The position numbers and the translations under genes were made by a program. 64,000 nt of DNA from Patescibacteria group bacterium (lineage in GTDB: Bacteria; Patescibacteriota; Minisyncoccia; Phycocordibacterales; UBA9973): assembly GCA_038061925.1 (NCBI GenBank), contig JBBTYD010000002.1:352-64351 (forward strand), given 5' to 3'. A model generated the notes under the pieces. The model was not told the origin of the DNA. It saw only the letters and a program-made list of their open reading frames with translations, and searched no databases. Positions 46,947-57,004 of this stretch are shown in pieces; position 1 is the first letter of the stretch, and every line of letters starts with the position of its first letter.

Positions 46947-48686
46947 TTATTGAACTTCTTTCCAGGATGTTATGCCCCACCCACCCGAAGGCCCATTCAC
47001 AAAATTAGCGTTAACTAACCCGCTATCATAAATCACGATAGCATTATTGTTTAAATGAATATATTTACCATTTAAAGATTTTGCAATGGCATTATTGCTT
47101 AAATTAACTGTGCCATTAGCAGCATATAATATAACAGCTCCGCCATTGTTTGATAGTGTTATAGCTTCCGTTGAAGTGGAAGTGGAAAGCACCATTAAAT
47201 AACTCCCAGCAGAACCTGAGCCGTCGAACACAGCATTATTGCCTATATTTACAATACCATCCACAACTATGACGCCTTCCGAAGTGTCATAACTAGATGA
47301 AAGACTTACAGTGGCATTATTACTAACGTTTACATTGCCACGCACCCAAAGGGTCCCGGTTACAGTAAGGTGAGCGCCATTGCTTACAGAGAGATCCCCG
47401 GTAATTTCCTTTGGCCCTAAAGAAGAATCGCTACCAGCTGTGTAATTCCCAGAATAGACCCCCCCTGCTGTTCCTTCATTTTTCCAATCTAAAATATTTT
47501 GATCAGAAATGGGCATCGCAACTTGAGTTGGATCTGAGAGTGTTGTGTTGCAAGATTTATTATTACCGCTCCCAGTTTGACAATAATTTATACCAGCGAT
47601 ATTTGAATTATTAACTGTATGAGCGTAGGCATTGCCTACGCCACCCGTCCCGACAGTTATACCACTGATAAGACCCGTCAAACCACCAAGATATAAATTA
47701 AAAAAACCATCAAGATTAGACGGGCTGGTATTATTCCAGGTTCCAGAATACGCGCCAATTTTACCGGCTCCATTTGAATATTCGTTATTATTTGCGCCAA
47801 TCATATAATATCTTGTTGAATTCGTAGACCCGTCAATCACAATCCAATAGGTTGCACCCGCCGTTAATTCTGGGTTAGAAGAAAATGGAACATCCACCCA
47901 ACCATAGGTGGTAGACACTAAAGAAGCAGAAAGAGGGCCAGATGCCAAAGTGGTCGTACTCGGACTTCCACTTGAATCTGATACAATCCTGATAGTCAAA
48001 TTAGAAGGAGTGCTAATTTTTTTAAGATAGAGTTTTACCTTATTCACTACTTCCGTTACGCTTACTTGAAAACTTTGGGCAAAATCTTGTGTCCCATTTG
48101 CATTTCCAAAAATAATATCATAAGAAGGTACACCAGAACCATTCATCTGATCTGCCGTAAGCGCTTCCGAATTAGCGGATAAAGCAGTACCAGTGATAGA
48201 TCCTGATCCTGTGATACTTCCATTTGAATAAACACTGCCATTCACAGAAGAATTATTCTCCATAGTGAAACCACCCAGACCGGTCTGTACGCCATAACTA
48301 AAAGAAACTCCTACGCCAGTATTTAAGACAAGCTCGCTTTTTCTTTGACGAGAATCAACATCTCCCAAAGAAGAAATGGTCTTTTCGTTATAACCAGAAT
48401 CACTTATCGTAGCGGTGGCTGAATTATTTTCTAAAGTAATTGTATTTGTTAAACCTATAGCTTTACCCGTCTTGAGACGGAAATATGAATCTTCCGCCGC
48501 CGACTCAGAAAGAAAGAAACTCCGTTGAGATTTTATCAAATTATTAACAGTTCTAAATTCGCGCACTGAAGGCCCCACCAGTCCGGAAATTATAGCTAAA
48601 GATATAAAAAGAAAAAAGATGACAGATATCAACATTGCCGCGCCACCGTTTTTTTTAATTTTTTTAAAATCTTTTTTCATAATCAA
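46947..48686 (-). CDS. PilX-like minor pilin with large adhesin-like extension
   Basis: KKNGGAAMLISVIF pilin-like N-terminus, AESA-type SESAAED, C-terminal WKE. Confidence 0.75.
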   Translation of the reverse strand: MIMKKDFKKIKKNGGAAMLISVIFFLFISLAIISGLVGPSVREFRTVNNLIKSQRSFFLSESAAEDSYFRLKTGKAIGLTNTITLENNSATATISDSGYNEKTISSLGDVDSRQRKSELVLNTGVGVSFSYGVQTGLGGFTMENNSSVNGSVYSNGSITGSGSITGTALSANSEALTADQMNGSGVPSYDIIFGNANGTQDFAQSFQVSVTEVVNKVKLYLKKISTPSNLTIRIVSDSSGSPSTTTLASGPLSASLVSTTYGWVDVPFSSNPELTAGATYWIVIDGSTNSTRYYMIGANNNEYSNGAGKIGAYSGTWNNTSPSNLDGFFNLYLGGLTGLISGITVGTGGVGNAYAHTVNNSNIAGINYCQTGSGNNKSCNTTLSDPTQVAMPISDQNILDWKNEGTAGGVYSGNYTAGSDSSLGPKEITGDLSVSNGAHLTVTGTLWVRGNVNVSNNATVSLSSSYDTSEGVIVVDGIVNIGNNAVFDGSGSAGSYLMVLSTSTSTEAITLSNNGGAVILYAANGTVNLSNNAIAKSLNGKYIHLNNNAIVIYDSGLVNANFVNGPSGGWGITSWKEVQ

Positions 48687-49189
48687 TAACTGCCTCTTAA
48701 CACAATTGTATCGTAAAAATCCTGCGTCCGATCCAATGCGTCATTGGCAGATTTAACTGTTAAAAATATTTTCACCGCTTTGCCTTTTGTTGTGGTTATT
48801 TGCGTAAATGTTAGAGCGGTGACTGTAATATTGGGCGAATTTAAATTTCCTATATTGTTACCGGCATCCCAAAGTTCTATATTGGGGCTGATAAACTTAA
48901 ATTCTACAGTTTTATCTGAACCAGTAGAGTCTTTAGCACTAAGCGTTAAATCATCAACACCAATAGAACTAATATCGTTAGCTTGTCTGATTTCTCTAGA
49001 CATTCTTTCCATAATCGATCCACTTTGCAAAAGTTCGGCCTGTAATGTAGTCTCTCGAAACGCGTGGGTCATTATCACCATTGAATTGATTACCACCATA
49101 GACAGAAGAACAAAAAAAGAAATATAAAAAAGAAGTTCTAATACTGCATAACCATTTTCTTTTTTATTATTTTTGTTAATTTTAATCAT
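48683..49189 (-). CDS. Type IV minor pilin (PilW-like)
   Basis: NG-YAVLELL prepilin site; MERMSREIRQA. Confidence 0.85.
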   Translation of the reverse strand: MIKINKNNKKENGYAVLELLFYISFFVLLSMVVINSMVIMTHAFRETTLQAELLQSGSIMERMSREIRQANDISSIGVDDLTLSAKDSTGSDKTVEFKFISPNIELWDAGNNIGNLNSPNITVTALTFTQITTTKGKAVKIFLTVKSANDALDRTQDFYDTIVLRGSY

Positions 49190-49196
49190 AATCAGT

Positions 49197-49682
49197 TTAG
49201 GAAAAGATATCCATAATATAAAATTGCAAATTTTTAGTGACAGTCGCGCCACCTTCAAGCCAAGACACCATAACAGTGACTAATTTTGTTCTAATATCAA
49301 GTGCCCCTCCAGAACTTACAATGTTTTTAGTAGTATTATCACGGTTTACATCCGCTAAAACTATAGCGCGGGTGAAAATCCCCACAGCACCATCACTAGA
49401 TGTGGTAGTCAGATTCCAGGTACCAGCAGAAAATTTGGGATAATAAGTTGCTCCAACCGCTAAACTAGAAATGTTACTCCATGCATTGTCGCGTACTATG
49501 CGTACTGCTTCTGCTCCCTCCTCCATTAAGAACGCCGCTTGGGTAGTGTGAAAGGCCTGGCGAGAAACATAAATGGATTTTTGAGCAACTGTCATCGCCG
49601 CTAAAACTGAAATAGTAATAATAGAAGCGACTATTAATACTTCAACGACCATAAATCCACTATTTTTAAAAAAAATTTTCAT
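49197..49682 (-). CDS. Type IV minor pilin (PilV-like)
   Basis: SG-FMVVEVL; AAFLMEEGAEAVR..RD; VTVMVSW. Confidence 0.85.
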   Translation of the reverse strand: MKIFFKNSGFMVVEVLIVASIITISVLAAMTVAQKSIYVSRQAFHTTQAAFLMEEGAEAVRIVRDNAWSNISSLAVGATYYPKFSAGTWNLTTTSSDGAVGIFTRAIVLADVNRDNTTKNIVSSGGALDIRTKLVTVMVSWLEGGATVTKNLQFYIMDIFS

Positions 49683-49683
49683 T

Positions 49684-50142
49684 TTAATTTACGCTCGCCA
49701 TACCTGTAGCAAATATTGTAATAGTTTTAATAAAATTCGTACTAGAAATAATTATTGATCCGGTAACGTTAGGTGTACCGCTTAATCTATTAAAATAAAG
49801 ATCTGCGCCTCCTCCTGCAATTGTAATAGTGGATATCGTTGCAGGTAAAGTTATGTTGATTGTTTCATTATCTGACGCCGTAGCAGAAAAAATTTTACCT
49901 TTAAAAATTATAACTTTATTGGACTCGAAATGCACTCCATACTCCGAAGAATAAAGAGAGGAAAGAGTTTCTCCGCGCGCCTTGTCGATAGAGGATAATA
50001 TGTCAGCCACTCCACTTTTAAACACTTGATTTTCTCTGATCTGTGAAAATTGTGGAATTGCGACTGAAATTATAATACCCAACACTGTTAATACTACCAA
50101 TAATTCTATCACAGTTATTCCCTTTTTGAGAAAATTTTTCAT
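49684..50142 (-). CDS. Type IV minor pilin (FimT/GspH-like)
   Basis: KG-ITVIELLVV..AIP. Confidence 0.85.
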   Translation of the reverse strand: MKNFLKKGITVIELLVVLTVLGIIISVAIPQFSQIRENQVFKSGVADILSSIDKARGETLSSLYSSEYGVHFESNKVIIFKGKIFSATASDNETINITLPATISTITIAGGGADLYFNRLSGTPNVTGSIIISSTNFIKTITIFATGMASVN

Positions 50143-51359
50143 TATTTTATACTGCCTAAAATTGAATAGAGTGGCGAAATCATCGAAATGGCAAAGAACC
50201 CAACCCCCGCGCCAATCACAATCATCAAGAGAGGCTCGATAATGGTAGAAAGATTCTTAGTTTTATTTTCAATTTCTCCCTCATAAAACAAAGCAATTTC
50301 GAGCAACATATCTGACAATTTGCCAGTTTCTTCCCCAACTTGGATCATTTCCGACATCATTACAGGATAAAGCTTGTCATTGGCTCCAAAAACTTTCGAA
50401 AACGGAGCCCCTTTTTCTACGGCAATCTTAGCTTCATTTAAAATCTTTTTGTAGTAAATATTTTGCACTACATCTTCCGTAATTTCTACCGCGCGAGTGA
50501 TGGAAACCCCTGCGAGCAACAGTGAGGACATAGTGCGAGCAGTGCGGGCGGTATTTAATTCTTTTGCTAAATTTCCGATGACTGGAATTTTGAGAATCGC
50601 GTAATCAATATATTTTGTCATAAATCCAGCGCGAGAAAGAAAGTAAAGTCCAGCCCCTAATCCAATTATAATAACAAAGGTCAGGATTAGATTATTGGAG
50701 AAAAAATTACCAAAAAAAATAAGGATCCGAGTGGAAACAGGCAAAACAACCCCAAGCTCTTTGAAAGTGCTGGCTAATGTTGGCACCACAAAAGCAAACA
50801 TTAAAACACCAATTACAACCATCGCGGATAGAATCACCCCGGGATAAATAAGAGCCCCCCGTATTTTCTTGGTCAAAGAGTGCGATTTTTCCAGGTTCAT
50901 CCCAATATCAGAAAGCGCGCCGGCCAGGTTCCCTGATTCCTCGCCGGCGCGAGTTATTGATATGAAAAGTTTTGAAAAAACATTAGGAAACTTTGAAAGT
51001 CCGCTTGATAAACTTTCTCCAGAATTTATCTCATCGGAAAGAGATGTCAAAATGTCGCTAAGTTTAGAATTTTTTGTTTGCTTTTTTAAAACAGACAGCG
51101 CCCGATACAATGAAAGTCCAGCTTTTAACATTCCACTTAAATTTTTTGTCAAAATAATTTGTTCATTGACGCTTATTTTGGAAAAAATACTTGTGAAATG
51201 TGACATCTTGTCAAAAAAGCTTTCATCTTTCTCTTTAATCAATAAAGGCGTGTTTCCGCGAGATCGCAGATCGCGAGCGAGCGCTAGACGATTGGCCGCA
51301 TATAAAATACCTTCTGAAATTTCCCCTGTTTTTGATTTTGCTTTATAAAAAAAAAGCAT
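50142..51359 (-). CDS. pilC: Type IV pilus platform protein
   Basis: AGEESGNL, GALIYP, VGEETGKL, IIEPLL, PLY. Confidence 0.93.
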   Translation of the reverse strand: MLFFYKAKSKTGEISEGILYAANRLALARDLRSRGNTPLLIKEKDESFFDKMSHFTSIFSKISVNEQIILTKNLSGMLKAGLSLYRALSVLKKQTKNSKLSDILTSLSDEINSGESLSSGLSKFPNVFSKLFISITRAGEESGNLAGALSDIGMNLEKSHSLTKKIRGALIYPGVILSAMVVIGVLMFAFVVPTLASTFKELGVVLPVSTRILIFFGNFFSNNLILTFVIIIGLGAGLYFLSRAGFMTKYIDYAILKIPVIGNLAKELNTARTARTMSSLLLAGVSITRAVEITEDVVQNIYYKKILNEAKIAVEKGAPFSKVFGANDKLYPVMMSEMIQVGEETGKLSDMLLEIALFYEGEIENKTKNLSTIIEPLLMIVIGAGVGFFAISMISPLYSILGSIK

Positions 51360-51391
51360 ATATATTGTGTATTATACACACTTGCTAATTT

Positions 51392-53149
51392 TTACTCCGA
51401 AACAACCCGAAATATTTCTTCCAAAGTCGTCACGCCCAATACCGCTTGATATACTCCATCTTCCAGCATCGTCATCATTCCTTCTTTTTTCGCTTGAACT
51501 TCTATATCATCTTGAGATTTTCCACTGATAATCATTTCTTTGATGGTGGGCGTAATTTTTAAAACTTCATGCATCCCAATACGCCCTCCATACCCATCTT
51601 CAAATTCGCCACTCTTGACCGCTTTATAAAAAGGAATTTTGTCCCAAGTATCTTTGACACTCACGATATTCTCGATTTTTAAAAATCCTAGTACTCTGTC
51701 TAAATCAACAACCTTGGCTAAATTTTTTATTTCGACGGACGATAAAAAATATTTCTCTTTATTCGGAGTAAGCCGGCGTATCAATCTTTGCGCGATAATT
51801 GTTTTGACGGTGGCTGTTATTAAAAAAGGCTCAACCCCCATATCGATTAATCGAGGTATGGCGCCAGAGGCGCTATTGGTATGAATAGTCGAGAGAACCA
51901 AATGGCCGGTAAGTGAAGCATTCACCGCTAGTCCGGCTGTTTCGCCATCTCGAATCTCTCCCACCATTATTATATCCGGGTCCTGACGTAGAAGAGAACG
52001 CAGGCCATTGGCAAAAGATAATCCTATTTCCGGTTTAACTTGTGTTTGGTTTACTCTCGGCATTTGATATTCAATCGGATCTTCCACGGTGGAAATATTG
52101 ACTTCCGGCTTATTCAAAATATCAAGCATCGTATAGAGGGTGGTTGTTTTTCCACTCCCGGTAGGACCGGTCGCGAGCACCATTCCAGTCTTTTGCGAGA
52201 GTGACGCATGTATTCGCTCTAATCCTTCTCCATGAAAACCAAGCGTTTCTAACGAAAATCCATGCGCATTTTCTTTTAAAATTCTCAGTACCGTTTTTTC
52301 TCCAAAAAAAGTAGGCAGAGTAGATACCCGGAAGGAAATCTTCTCTCCGTCTTGTTCTTTTTTAAATCGGCCGTCTTGGGGCAATCTTTTTTCATCCAGT
52401 CTTAAATTTGAAAGCACTTTGATGCGCGCGGTGATTCCGGCGCCAGCATTTTTATCCAAGATCATCGCATCGCGCAATATGCCGTCTATTCTGTAACGGA
52501 CAGTGAGTTCACCCTCTCCTGGTTCTATATGAATATCAGACGCATTTTGCAGAATCGCATGAAAAATTAAAGAATCAACAATTTTTATAACTGGCAAATC
52601 TTCAGCGAGATTTTTCAACTCCGATTCAGATTTTTCACCGTCTTTATTCGCTTCATTTGACACATCGGCCAGGGTAGTGGATTCTTTTTGGATAATATTT
52701 TTAAATTCAGCTTTTAAACTTTTTCTATATTGCACGAGCACAGACTTGATGGAAATCGTATCCGTCAATCGAGGCAAGATTTTAAGTCCGGAACGTTTCT
52801 TAATAAAATCAATCACCGGCAAGTCGTCGACATCCAGCATAGCCACCTCTAGCCCTTTCTCGCTTTTTTTATAAGCAACGATATTATCGTTGCGCGCAAT
52901 CGGTTCGGGAATGAGAGAAAGCACCGAAAAATCAATCTTTGCTTTAGTTAAATTAATAAATGGTATTCCTAAGACAAAAGCTTCCATCCGCTTTAAATCA
53001 GTTTCCGATATTTTTCCTTCACTTAGCAGAATATTCCCAAATTTTTGTTTTTTGGTTTCGGCTAACTTTACCGCGGAGTTAAAATCTGTTTTAGAAACAA
53101 GCCCTGATTCTAGAATAAATTTCTTCAACTGTTCTTCGTCGATTTGCAT
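51392..53149 (-). CDS. pilB: Type IV pilus assembly ATPase
   Basis: ASDIHIEP, RLPQDGR, GPTGSGKTTT, VEDPIE, LRQDPDIIMVGEIRD, TGHLVLSTIH. Confidence 0.95.
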   Translation of the reverse strand: MQIDEEQLKKFILESGLVSKTDFNSAVKLAETKKQKFGNILLSEGKISETDLKRMEAFVLGIPFINLTKAKIDFSVLSLIPEPIARNDNIVAYKKSEKGLEVAMLDVDDLPVIDFIKKRSGLKILPRLTDTISIKSVLVQYRKSLKAEFKNIIQKESTTLADVSNEANKDGEKSESELKNLAEDLPVIKIVDSLIFHAILQNASDIHIEPGEGELTVRYRIDGILRDAMILDKNAGAGITARIKVLSNLRLDEKRLPQDGRFKKEQDGEKISFRVSTLPTFFGEKTVLRILKENAHGFSLETLGFHGEGLERIHASLSQKTGMVLATGPTGSGKTTTLYTMLDILNKPEVNISTVEDPIEYQMPRVNQTQVKPEIGLSFANGLRSLLRQDPDIIMVGEIRDGETAGLAVNASLTGHLVLSTIHTNSASGAIPRLIDMGVEPFLITATVKTIIAQRLIRRLTPNKEKYFLSSVEIKNLAKVVDLDRVLGFLKIENIVSVKDTWDKIPFYKAVKSGEFEDGYGGRIGMHEVLKITPTIKEMIISGKSQDDIEVQAKKEGMMTMLEDGVYQAVLGVTTLEEIFRVVSE

Positions 53150-53163
53150 ACGCTAGCATTATA

Positions 53164-53203
53164 GCAAAAAATCCCTCCAATAAACATTGGCGGGGATTTT
53201 TTG
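53164..53203. terminator. Hairpin / terminator
   Basis: GCAAAAAATCCCTCCAAT-AAAC-ATTGGCGGGGATTTTTTGC. Confidence 0.6.
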
Positions 53204-53210
53204 CTAATTG

Positions 53211-54149
53211 TTAACCTTCTATGAAGATTGGTTTTTTCTTGGTACAACGACCACCAGTGTCAACACCTGTTTCATTTCCATTTTTTATGCCATCAGAGCA
53301 AGTGCCAGGGGGCCCACAACGACCACCAGTGTCAACACCTGTTTCATCACCGTTCTGAATTCCATCAGAGCAAGTGCCAGTGCCACCGCAAGATTGAGAA
53401 GAATTACCACTACAACTAGCTCCCCCGTTCGCAGGAGCGGGATTAGTACAAGTACGAGTTTGTGTTCCACCACTACAAGCGCTCCAAACGCTCCAGCCAC
53501 CATTAACAACAATCTTGGTTTCTGAACAAGATGCATTGGTTCCGCCATTTATACCATTACAGGACCAAGTCCAAGTAGAAGCGCCATCCACATTATTTCT
53601 GCTATTGCCTGTAAGACAGCTGTAGTGTATGACATCGCAAGCGCCGTTCACAAGAGAAGCAGACCCAACGATAACGCCATCAAAACGAACCCAACCCACG
53701 ACATCGCTCCCCCAAGCATAACCTGAAAAATTATCGTTATTAAAATTGACACCATAACTTGGACTAGAGCCAGACAGAGAAATCCAACCATCCCAGCCAT
53801 TGCCATCGGCGGAAAGAGCTTTGACCCAACCTTCTAGATTACTGCCGTTTATATTTGCATTTTCAGCTCGTGTTCCACCGCCAGTTGGAAACCCTGCAAG
53901 ATTACCAAATTGTATCCAGCCTATGTTCGAGGACCAAGCGTAACCGACGAGAGTGTCATCAGTATTCTTGTTAACGCCATAATCTACACTTCCACCATCA
54001 TTGGTATTATTGAAACTAATCCAACCTATGTTCGAGGACCAAGCCCAACCGGACATATTGTGTCCACTTCCAGCCGAAACAACAGAAGGCCAAAAAGGCA
54101 AGAGAAAAAAGACTAGAGTAAAAATAATCTTAAACAAATAAATTTTCAT
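53211..54149 (-). CDS. Secreted protein with G(W/Y)AW repeats, TSP1-like domain and two Cys/Asp-rich repeats
   Basis: Repeated G(W/Y)AWSSNIGWI; VNGGWSVWSACS..QTRTCTNPAPANGGASC; 2x TCSDGI.NG.ETGVDTGGRC. Confidence 0.8.
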   Translation of the reverse strand: MKIYLFKIIFTLVFFLLPFWPSVVSAGSGHNMSGWAWSSNIGWISFNNTNDGGSVDYGVNKNTDDTLVGYAWSSNIGWIQFGNLAGFPTGGGTRAENANINGSNLEGWVKALSADGNGWDGWISLSGSSPSYGVNFNNDNFSGYAWGSDVVGWVRFDGVIVGSASLVNGACDVIHYSCLTGNSRNNVDGASTWTWSCNGINGGTNASCSETKIVVNGGWSVWSACSGGTQTRTCTNPAPANGGASCSGNSSQSCGGTGTCSDGIQNGDETGVDTGGRCGPPGTCSDGIKNGNETGVDTGGRCTKKKPIFIEG

Positions 54150-54273
54150 TGTCTAATTATACCCTGATAGAGAAGCCATCACAATAGAGTTATCCACAAC
54201 ACCAAAAACTAAAAAAATTGACATTCTTTCTATTTCTTTGTAAAATAATCCAGAAAGCTCACCAAAACTTAAT

Positions 54274-55524
54274 ATGAAAAAAATAGAACAAATCGCAGTC
54301 CTATTGAGTTTTGGGCTAACAACCCAAGTCTCAGTAATTGCGACAGTCCTCTCACACAATGGCAGTGATTATGCCATCGTGGTCAACGACTCAAGACGGG
54401 TCGTGAATCTCGTCGTCTCACCTGACGCTTGTAAGTTGTTTTCCAGCGCAACCCATGATGGGTTCCAGATAACCCCTCAGTTGTCCAAACACATTTACGA
54501 CCAGTTTGAAGACAACTTTGACTTCATCATTTTTCAGAGTGATCAAGTTTGGCCCCCGACTGGTGCCGCCTATGGCGGTCAGATCCAAGCAATCCAGAAT
54601 GATACAAAAGGTATCGGCCTGAGCATCTACAACTTCTGCGACTCCTATGGATCCAGTGGAAAGTTGCAGTGCATCATCCACCTTGCAGAATTAAATGGTC
54701 TTATAGGTGGGGCGGGTTTACATGAAATTATGCACCGTTGGGGTAATTTCTTAAATTCCATTCCCGGTCTGGGATCACATTGGGGTTTCTCTAGTGTCAA
54801 TGGTCAGTTAGGCGGCTGGCAGATTGACACACTCCAATATCTGGGCAACGGCCAATACTCGGCAAATAACGGCCAGCCAGGCAATTGGTTTGACCCGTCT
54901 GGTAACGCAGGGAATAAGGTTCCCTACATGAAACTGGAACTTTATCTTATGGGTCTCGTGCCTATACAAGAAGTTCCAGACATCGAGGTTGCCATAGACG
55001 CGTCATTTATTGGCACCAGTCGGAGTTTTTTTACCGCCAGCGGTTTCAAAACCATAACGAGCGCGGATATAGTCGCCATCGACGGAACTCGCATCCCCGA
55101 TTACACGGCTTCACAGAAAGATTTCAAGACGTTGTTTGTAGTAGTGACTTCTGCGCCTCTCTCCGAAGCGCGTTTCGATTACTACGACAGCGCCGTAAGA
55201 AATTTTTCCAAGCAGAGTCCGACCCGATCTGAAACCGGCTTCTACAACTTCTGGGAAGCTACGGGCGGTCGTGCGACCATGGAAATAACCATTTCCCCGG
55301 AAGACGTCAAGGGCGGAATGAAGCCCTCGGTCACAGCCCAGCCTTCGGCAGGGTTGCTGAATCTCAGTTGGGCCGATATCGGATACCGGCTCCAATCTTC
55401 CGAATCTTTCGTCACTCCTAGCAGTTGGAGCGACGTTTTGGGTCCTTTCCGGACTAACAACGGGATTGTTAGCGTTTCCATCCCCATGGACGGCGACCGA
55501 CAATTTTTTAGGTTGGCAAAGTAA
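54274..55524 (+). CDS. Secreted HEXXH metallopeptidase-like protein, compositionally foreign
   Basis: GLHEIMHRWG..SHWG; LELYLMGL; C-terminal ..YRLQSS..W..QFFRL; visibly higher GC than flanks. Confidence 0.75.
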   Translation: MKKIEQIAVLLSFGLTTQVSVIATVLSHNGSDYAIVVNDSRRVVNLVVSPDACKLFSSATHDGFQITPQLSKHIYDQFEDNFDFIIFQSDQVWPPTGAAYGGQIQAIQNDTKGIGLSIYNFCDSYGSSGKLQCIIHLAELNGLIGGAGLHEIMHRWGNFLNSIPGLGSHWGFSSVNGQLGGWQIDTLQYLGNGQYSANNGQPGNWFDPSGNAGNKVPYMKLELYLMGLVPIQEVPDIEVAIDASFIGTSRSFFTASGFKTITSADIVAIDGTRIPDYTASQKDFKTLFVVVTSAPLSEARFDYYDSAVRNFSKQSPTRSETGFYNFWEATGGRATMEITISPEDVKGGMKPSVTAQPSAGLLNLSWADIGYRLQSSESFVTPSSWSDVLGPFRTNNGIVSVSIPMDGDRQFFRLAK

Positions 55525-55541
55525 CCAGCCACATCATCACC

Positions 55542-55568
55542 GGGCTCTCCTTTTATTAGAAGAGCCCC
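55542..55568 (+). terminator. Probable terminator
   Basis: GGGCTCT..AGAGCCC followed by a T-rich tract. Confidence 0.5.
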
Positions 55569-55630
55569 TTGTTTTTACCCAGGTAAAGTTTGCCTTTCAA
55601 TAAAATCTATGATACTCTTGCAGTGTATGG

Positions 55631-55654
55631 GTCCTGTCGCAACAGGACTTTTTT
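55631..55654 (+). promoter_or_regulatory. Terminator-like attenuator in the nusA leader
   Basis: GTCCTGT-CGCA-ACAGGAC-TTTTTT about 70 nt upstream of nusA. Confidence 0.55.
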
Positions 55655-55720
55655 GATTAAAACTTAATAGAAGATTGCGTCGCGCCAAATCGACTTACGC
55701 GACGTGATTTGCAAAATCAT

Positions 55721-56947
55721 ATGTTAGATCTAAAAACATTCAAATCAGCGTTGGAACAACTGGAAGAGGAAAGAAAAATCCCAAAAGAAAAAATATTAGA
55801 CGCAATAGAGCAGGCAATGGCGGCCGCTTATAAAAAGGATTACGGCAAAAAAGGGCAAATTATACGCGCCAAGTTTGACCTGGAGACAGGCAAGACTGAT
55901 TTTTTCCAAGTAAAAATTGTGGTAGACGAAAGTATTGCCGTTATTGGTGGAGACAAAAAATCTCTACCCAACCTTCCACTTAATAAGGGAGAGGAGAGAG
56001 AGAAAAGGGAGTATTCTCTCCAAGAAACTGACGACGAGCGCGTACACTTCAACGGAGAGCATCACATAATGCTGGAAGATGCGAAAAAAATAAAAAAAGG
56101 GGCAGAATTAAATGACGAAGTTGTTTTTCCATTAGAGTCAAAAGAAGATTATGGACGCATTGCCGCCCAGACCGCCAAGCAGGTCATCATCCAGAAAATC
56201 CGTGAGGCTGAACGCACCTCCATAATAGATGAATATGGAAACAAAGAAGGAGAAATAGTCGGAGGGATAGTGCAAAAAGTTGAAAGAGGAAATATTTATA
56301 TTGACTTTAACCGAGCGACCGGTATCTTGCCCGCGGAAGAACAAATCCCCGGAGAATATTGGGAACGGGGTCAGCGAGCGCGAGTATATCTCTACTCCGT
56401 AGAGGATACGCCCAGAGGCATAAACTTGCGTCTTTCTCGCACTCATCCAAAATTTATAGAAAAACTTTTTGCTCTGGAAGCGCCAGAAATTCAAAATGGA
56501 GTCGTGGAAATAAAATTTATTGCCAGAGAGCCCGGCGCTCGGTCTAAAATAGCAGTAGTTTCGAAAGATGAACATATCGATGCAGTCGGATCATGTGTCG
56601 GACAAAAAGGCACCCGAGTGAACACTATCACGCAAGAACTGGGGGGAGAGAAAATTGATATCATTCCGTGGTCGCTTGACCCGAAAATTTTCGTGTCTAA
56701 TTCTCTCTCTCCTGCCAAAGTCATCTCGATCGAAATAGATGAAGAAGATCACAAAGCCACGGTGGAAGTGGCTAATGACCAGCTTTCTCTCGCTATCGGC
56801 AAGGGTGGACAAAATGTGCGTCTAGCGGCTAAACTTACTGGTTGGAGAATCGACATCAAAGGTGACGGCCTGCCTGCCGCGCCTGCGCGCGCGGGGCAGG
56901 CAGAGAAAATGGTTCCCGAAAAAGTCGAAGTGGAAGAAGCGAAGTGA
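55721..56947 (+). CDS. nusA: Transcription factor NusA
   Basis: [65 protein letters not shown]. Confidence 0.98.
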   Translation: MLDLKTFKSALEQLEEERKIPKEKILDAIEQAMAAAYKKDYGKKGQIIRAKFDLETGKTDFFQVKIVVDESIAVIGGDKKSLPNLPLNKGEEREKREYSLQETDDERVHFNGEHHIMLEDAKKIKKGAELNDEVVFPLESKEDYGRIAAQTAKQVIIQKIREAERTSIIDEYGNKEGEIVGGIVQKVERGNIYIDFNRATGILPAEEQIPGEYWERGQRARVYLYSVEDTPRGINLRLSRTHPKFIEKLFALEAPEIQNGVVEIKFIAREPGARSKIAVVSKDEHIDAVGSCVGQKGTRVNTITQELGGEKIDIIPWSLDPKIFVSNSLSPAKVISIEIDEEDHKATVEVANDQLSLAIGKGGQNVRLAAKLTGWRIDIKGDGLPAAPARAGQAEKMVPEKVEVEEAK

Positions 56948-57004
56948 GGTAAAATAAATTATTATAAAGTAACTTGTCCCGTTGCAACGGGATGAAATAA
57001 AAAT

